The notes beneath the pieces were generated by a model. The model ran no database searches and was not told where the DNA came from. It worked only from the letters and a program-made list of their open reading frames with translations. From the NCBI GenBank assembly GCA_963840545.1, contig CAWIZE010000006.1, positions 315,682 to 379,681 on the forward strand: 64,000 bases of DNA, in the 5' to 3' direction. A program made the translations under genes and the position numbers. Of this stretch, positions 62,178 to 64,000 are shown one piece after another. The stretch is from an uncultured Pseudomonadota bacterium. GTDB lineage: Bacteria; Pseudomonadota; Alphaproteobacteria; Acetobacterales; Acetobacteraceae. Numbering within the stretch: the stretch's first letter is position 1; every line of letters begins with the position of its first letter.

Positions 62178-63314
62178 ATGAATCCCGGGGAGCCCGCAAG
62201 GGAGCTAACGGTGGCCTCCGGCAGCATCGTCGCCTATCGCCTGTTCGATATCGCCTACGCGATCGATCTGCCGGCCGCCGAAAAACTCTGGACGGAGCGC
62301 TCGCAGAGCTGGAGCACGCGCGCGCGGCTCAGCGCCACGCCCCCGGAGGCGGTCTCCTTCGGCGTGCCGCCGGTCGAGGTGGCGCTCGAGCCGGTTTCGC
62401 TCGCGCTCGCGGCGGCGACCGTCCGCGCCGACGTCACCGCGCGCTTCTACGATTTCGGTGTCGTGACCTTCGCGGTGCGGGTGCCGGCCGGCAGCCTTGC
62501 CTGGTCGGACTATGCCGAGCGGATGAACCAGGTCGATCGGACCCTGCGCGCCGAAGGGGCCGGCGCGGGCCTCTGGGCCAGGCTGCTCGACGAGGTGCAG
62601 AGGCTCTTTGCCTCCGCCCTGGTGCGCCCCGCGAAATCGGCGGTCGAGGAGGATTACCTGATCGGCATCGTCTCGGCGTTCGACGAGGATCTGACCGCGG
62701 AGGCGCTGCAGAGCCGCATCGATCTCGCCCCGCTGCTCTCGGGCGAGCGGCGGGCGCTGTCGGAGGGGGCCCGGCAGGACCTGCTCCGGCAGCGTTTCTC
62801 CTACTACACGGACGATCTGGTGGTCCTGACCTGGGACCGCGCCTTCATCTACGAGCCCCGGCAGGATTTGGACGTCGCCGACGTGCTCGAGGTGGCCAAC
62901 GCGCAGCTCGTCGAGATGCGCTATTACGACGAGCTTCTCGATGCCGAGCTGCCGCGCATGTACGACCTCATCGAGCAGACGCAGCGGACGACGCGGCTGC
63001 TCGCGTCACGGCGCTTCGCCGATCTCGCGCGCCGGCTCTCGGGGCTGGTGGCCGAGGTCACGGAGCTGACCGAAAAGGTGGACAATGCGCTCAAGGTGAC
63101 CGAGGACGTCTATCTCGCGCGTGTCTATGCCGCCGCGCTCGAGCTCTTCCGCGTCTCCGTCGTCGGCGCCGCGGTCGATCGCAAGCTCGCGATCATCCGC
63201 GACACCTACGCCGCGCTCTACCAGGAGGCCTCCGCCGCCCGCGCGGCGCTGATGGAGGCGGTCATCGTCGTGCTGATCCTGATCGAGATCGTGCTCGCGG
63301 TGGCTCATCTCTGA
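62178..63314 (+). CDS. RMD1/DUF155-like protein with C-terminal TM helix
   Basis: RFYDFGVVTFAVRV resembles the DUF155 core. A coiled-coil-like C-terminal half ends in the hydrophobic AVIVVLILIEIVLAVAHL. Confidence 0.45.
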   Translation: MNPGEPARELTVASGSIVAYRLFDIAYAIDLPAAEKLWTERSQSWSTRARLSATPPEAVSFGVPPVEVALEPVSLALAAATVRADVTARFYDFGVVTFAVRVPAGSLAWSDYAERMNQVDRTLRAEGAGAGLWARLLDEVQRLFASALVRPAKSAVEEDYLIGIVSAFDEDLTAEALQSRIDLAPLLSGERRALSEGARQDLLRQRFSYYTDDLVVLTWDRAFIYEPRQDLDVADVLEVANAQLVEMRYYDELLDAELPRMYDLIEQTQRTTRLLASRRFADLARRLSGLVAEVTELTEKVDNALKVTEDVYLARVYAAALELFRVSVVGAAVDRKLAIIRDTYAALYQEASAARAALMEAVIVVLILIEIVLAVAHL

Positions 63315-63346
63315 TCGGGCCCACCTCTGATCGGGCGATCCCTTGA

Positions 63347-64000
63347 TCAGGCAAGCGACCGCGTGGCGAGGTTGACGGTGACGACATCGTCGGGCGTCTT
63401 GGCGTAGGGCCCGTCGCTCGACGGGTGGTATTCGAAGCGCAGGCTCTCCGCCGAGGCGATCACGCGCAGATAGCCGTAGTCCCGATCGTCGTAATTCTCG
63501 AGGGTGACTTCGTCGCCGCCGTCATCCGCGGCGTGGATGACGCTCGGCGTGCGCAGCACCTTGCCGCGGCGCGAGAGGCGCGCGAGCCCGTGGCCGCCAT
63601 TGCCGGCGATCAGGTAGGGAATCTCCGTCCCCGCCCGGCGGCGGGTGAAGCGCTGGTAGCTGTGGGCGTGGCCGGCGAGCACCGCGTGCGGCCAGACCCC
63701 GGCCTCCGCGCAGATCCGGTCGATCTGCTCGCCCATCTGCGGGCTGCCGCCATGCATGGAGTCCGCGACATAGACCGGATGGTGGTGGGCAATGATGACC
63801 GCGCCCGCGAATTTTTCCTCCTTGACGCGCCGCAATGCGGCCTCGAGGAAGTGGAGCTGCGAGCAGCCGACGCGCTCGTCGGCGATCACGCCCGGATCCT
63901 CGAGCGTGTTGGAATAGAGCGCGAGCACGCGGAGAAAGGGCGCCTCGAAGGTGAAGAAGACACCGGGCGCGATCTGCGCGGTGCGCGAGAGCCCGCCGGC
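63347..64000 (-). CDS. metallophosphoesterase (calcineurin-like), N-terminus beyond the window end
   Basis: IIAHHHPVY, LAGHAHSYQR and GNGGHG are phosphoesterase motifs. The ORF is open to the window edge. Confidence 0.75.
   Translation of the reverse strand, partial: AGGLSRTAQIAPGVFFTFEAPFLRVLALYSNTLEDPGVIADERVGCSQLHFLEAALRRVKEEKFAGAVIIAHHHPVYVADSMHGGSPQMGEQIDRICAEAGVWPHAVLAGHAHSYQRFTRRRAGTEIPYLIAGNGGHGLARLSRRGKVLRTPSVIHAADDGGDEVTLENYDDRDYGYLRVIASAESLRFEYHPSSDGPYAKTPDDVVTVNLATRSLA

Noticed and set aside
63306-63336. Direct repeat CTCTGATCGGGC x2 between the convergent DUF155-like and phosphoesterase genes
   Set aside because: It is a short single duplication in a 32-bp intergenic gap. No structure or function can be inferred.

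Overview
This is a high-GC chromosomal segment (by eye in the high 60s %) of alphaproteobacterial type. Homospermidine synthase, RpoH, an ELM1-like protein and a zf-CHCC gene next to polA suggest a Rhodospirillales/Acetobacteraceae-like host, but that is not proven. Most of the window is housekeeping or metabolic: tRNA-Thr, htrA, polA, tRNA-Arg, a sugar ABC importer, fumC, pobA, a long glycosyltransferase/ELM1 operon, a LIV-type ABC importer, rpoH and a polyamine cluster (speB, ornithine-decarboxylase-like gene, hss). Two accessory blocks stand out. (1) About 12.3-26.9 kb is an integrase-less addiction/defence island. It holds at least six apparently complete type II toxin-antitoxin pairs (vapBC, higBA-like, COG4737/COG2944-like, mqsRA, mazEF, and a DUF2281-like antitoxin with a PIN remnant). 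It also holds decayed genes (a 5'-truncated Fic gene, an orphan parD, a 3'-truncated PIN gene) and two copies of a ~189-bp MITE-like element bracketing mqsRA. Most interesting is a visibly AT-richer four-gene cassette at 20.5-26.1 kb. It encodes an orphan N6-adenine DNA methyltransferase, a 751-aa fusion of a MORC/MutL-type GHKL ATPase to a full histidine-kinase core, a receiver-like protein and an unknown protein. I do not recognise this cassette as any named system, and its last two genes look disrupted in this copy. (2) About 42.7-51 kb is a metal/acid block: a P3A-like H+-ATPase, a stress membrane protein, a decayed cupredoxin-like ORF and csoR-copA with an operator. It ends in an IS3-family element with a 4-bp target duplication, inserted into an already truncated symporter pseudogene. 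I found no rRNA, CRISPR array, integrase or prophage genes. Many long ORFs in the track are GC-driven antisense shadows and were rejected. All calls come from reading the sequence and recalling family motifs; no searches were run.
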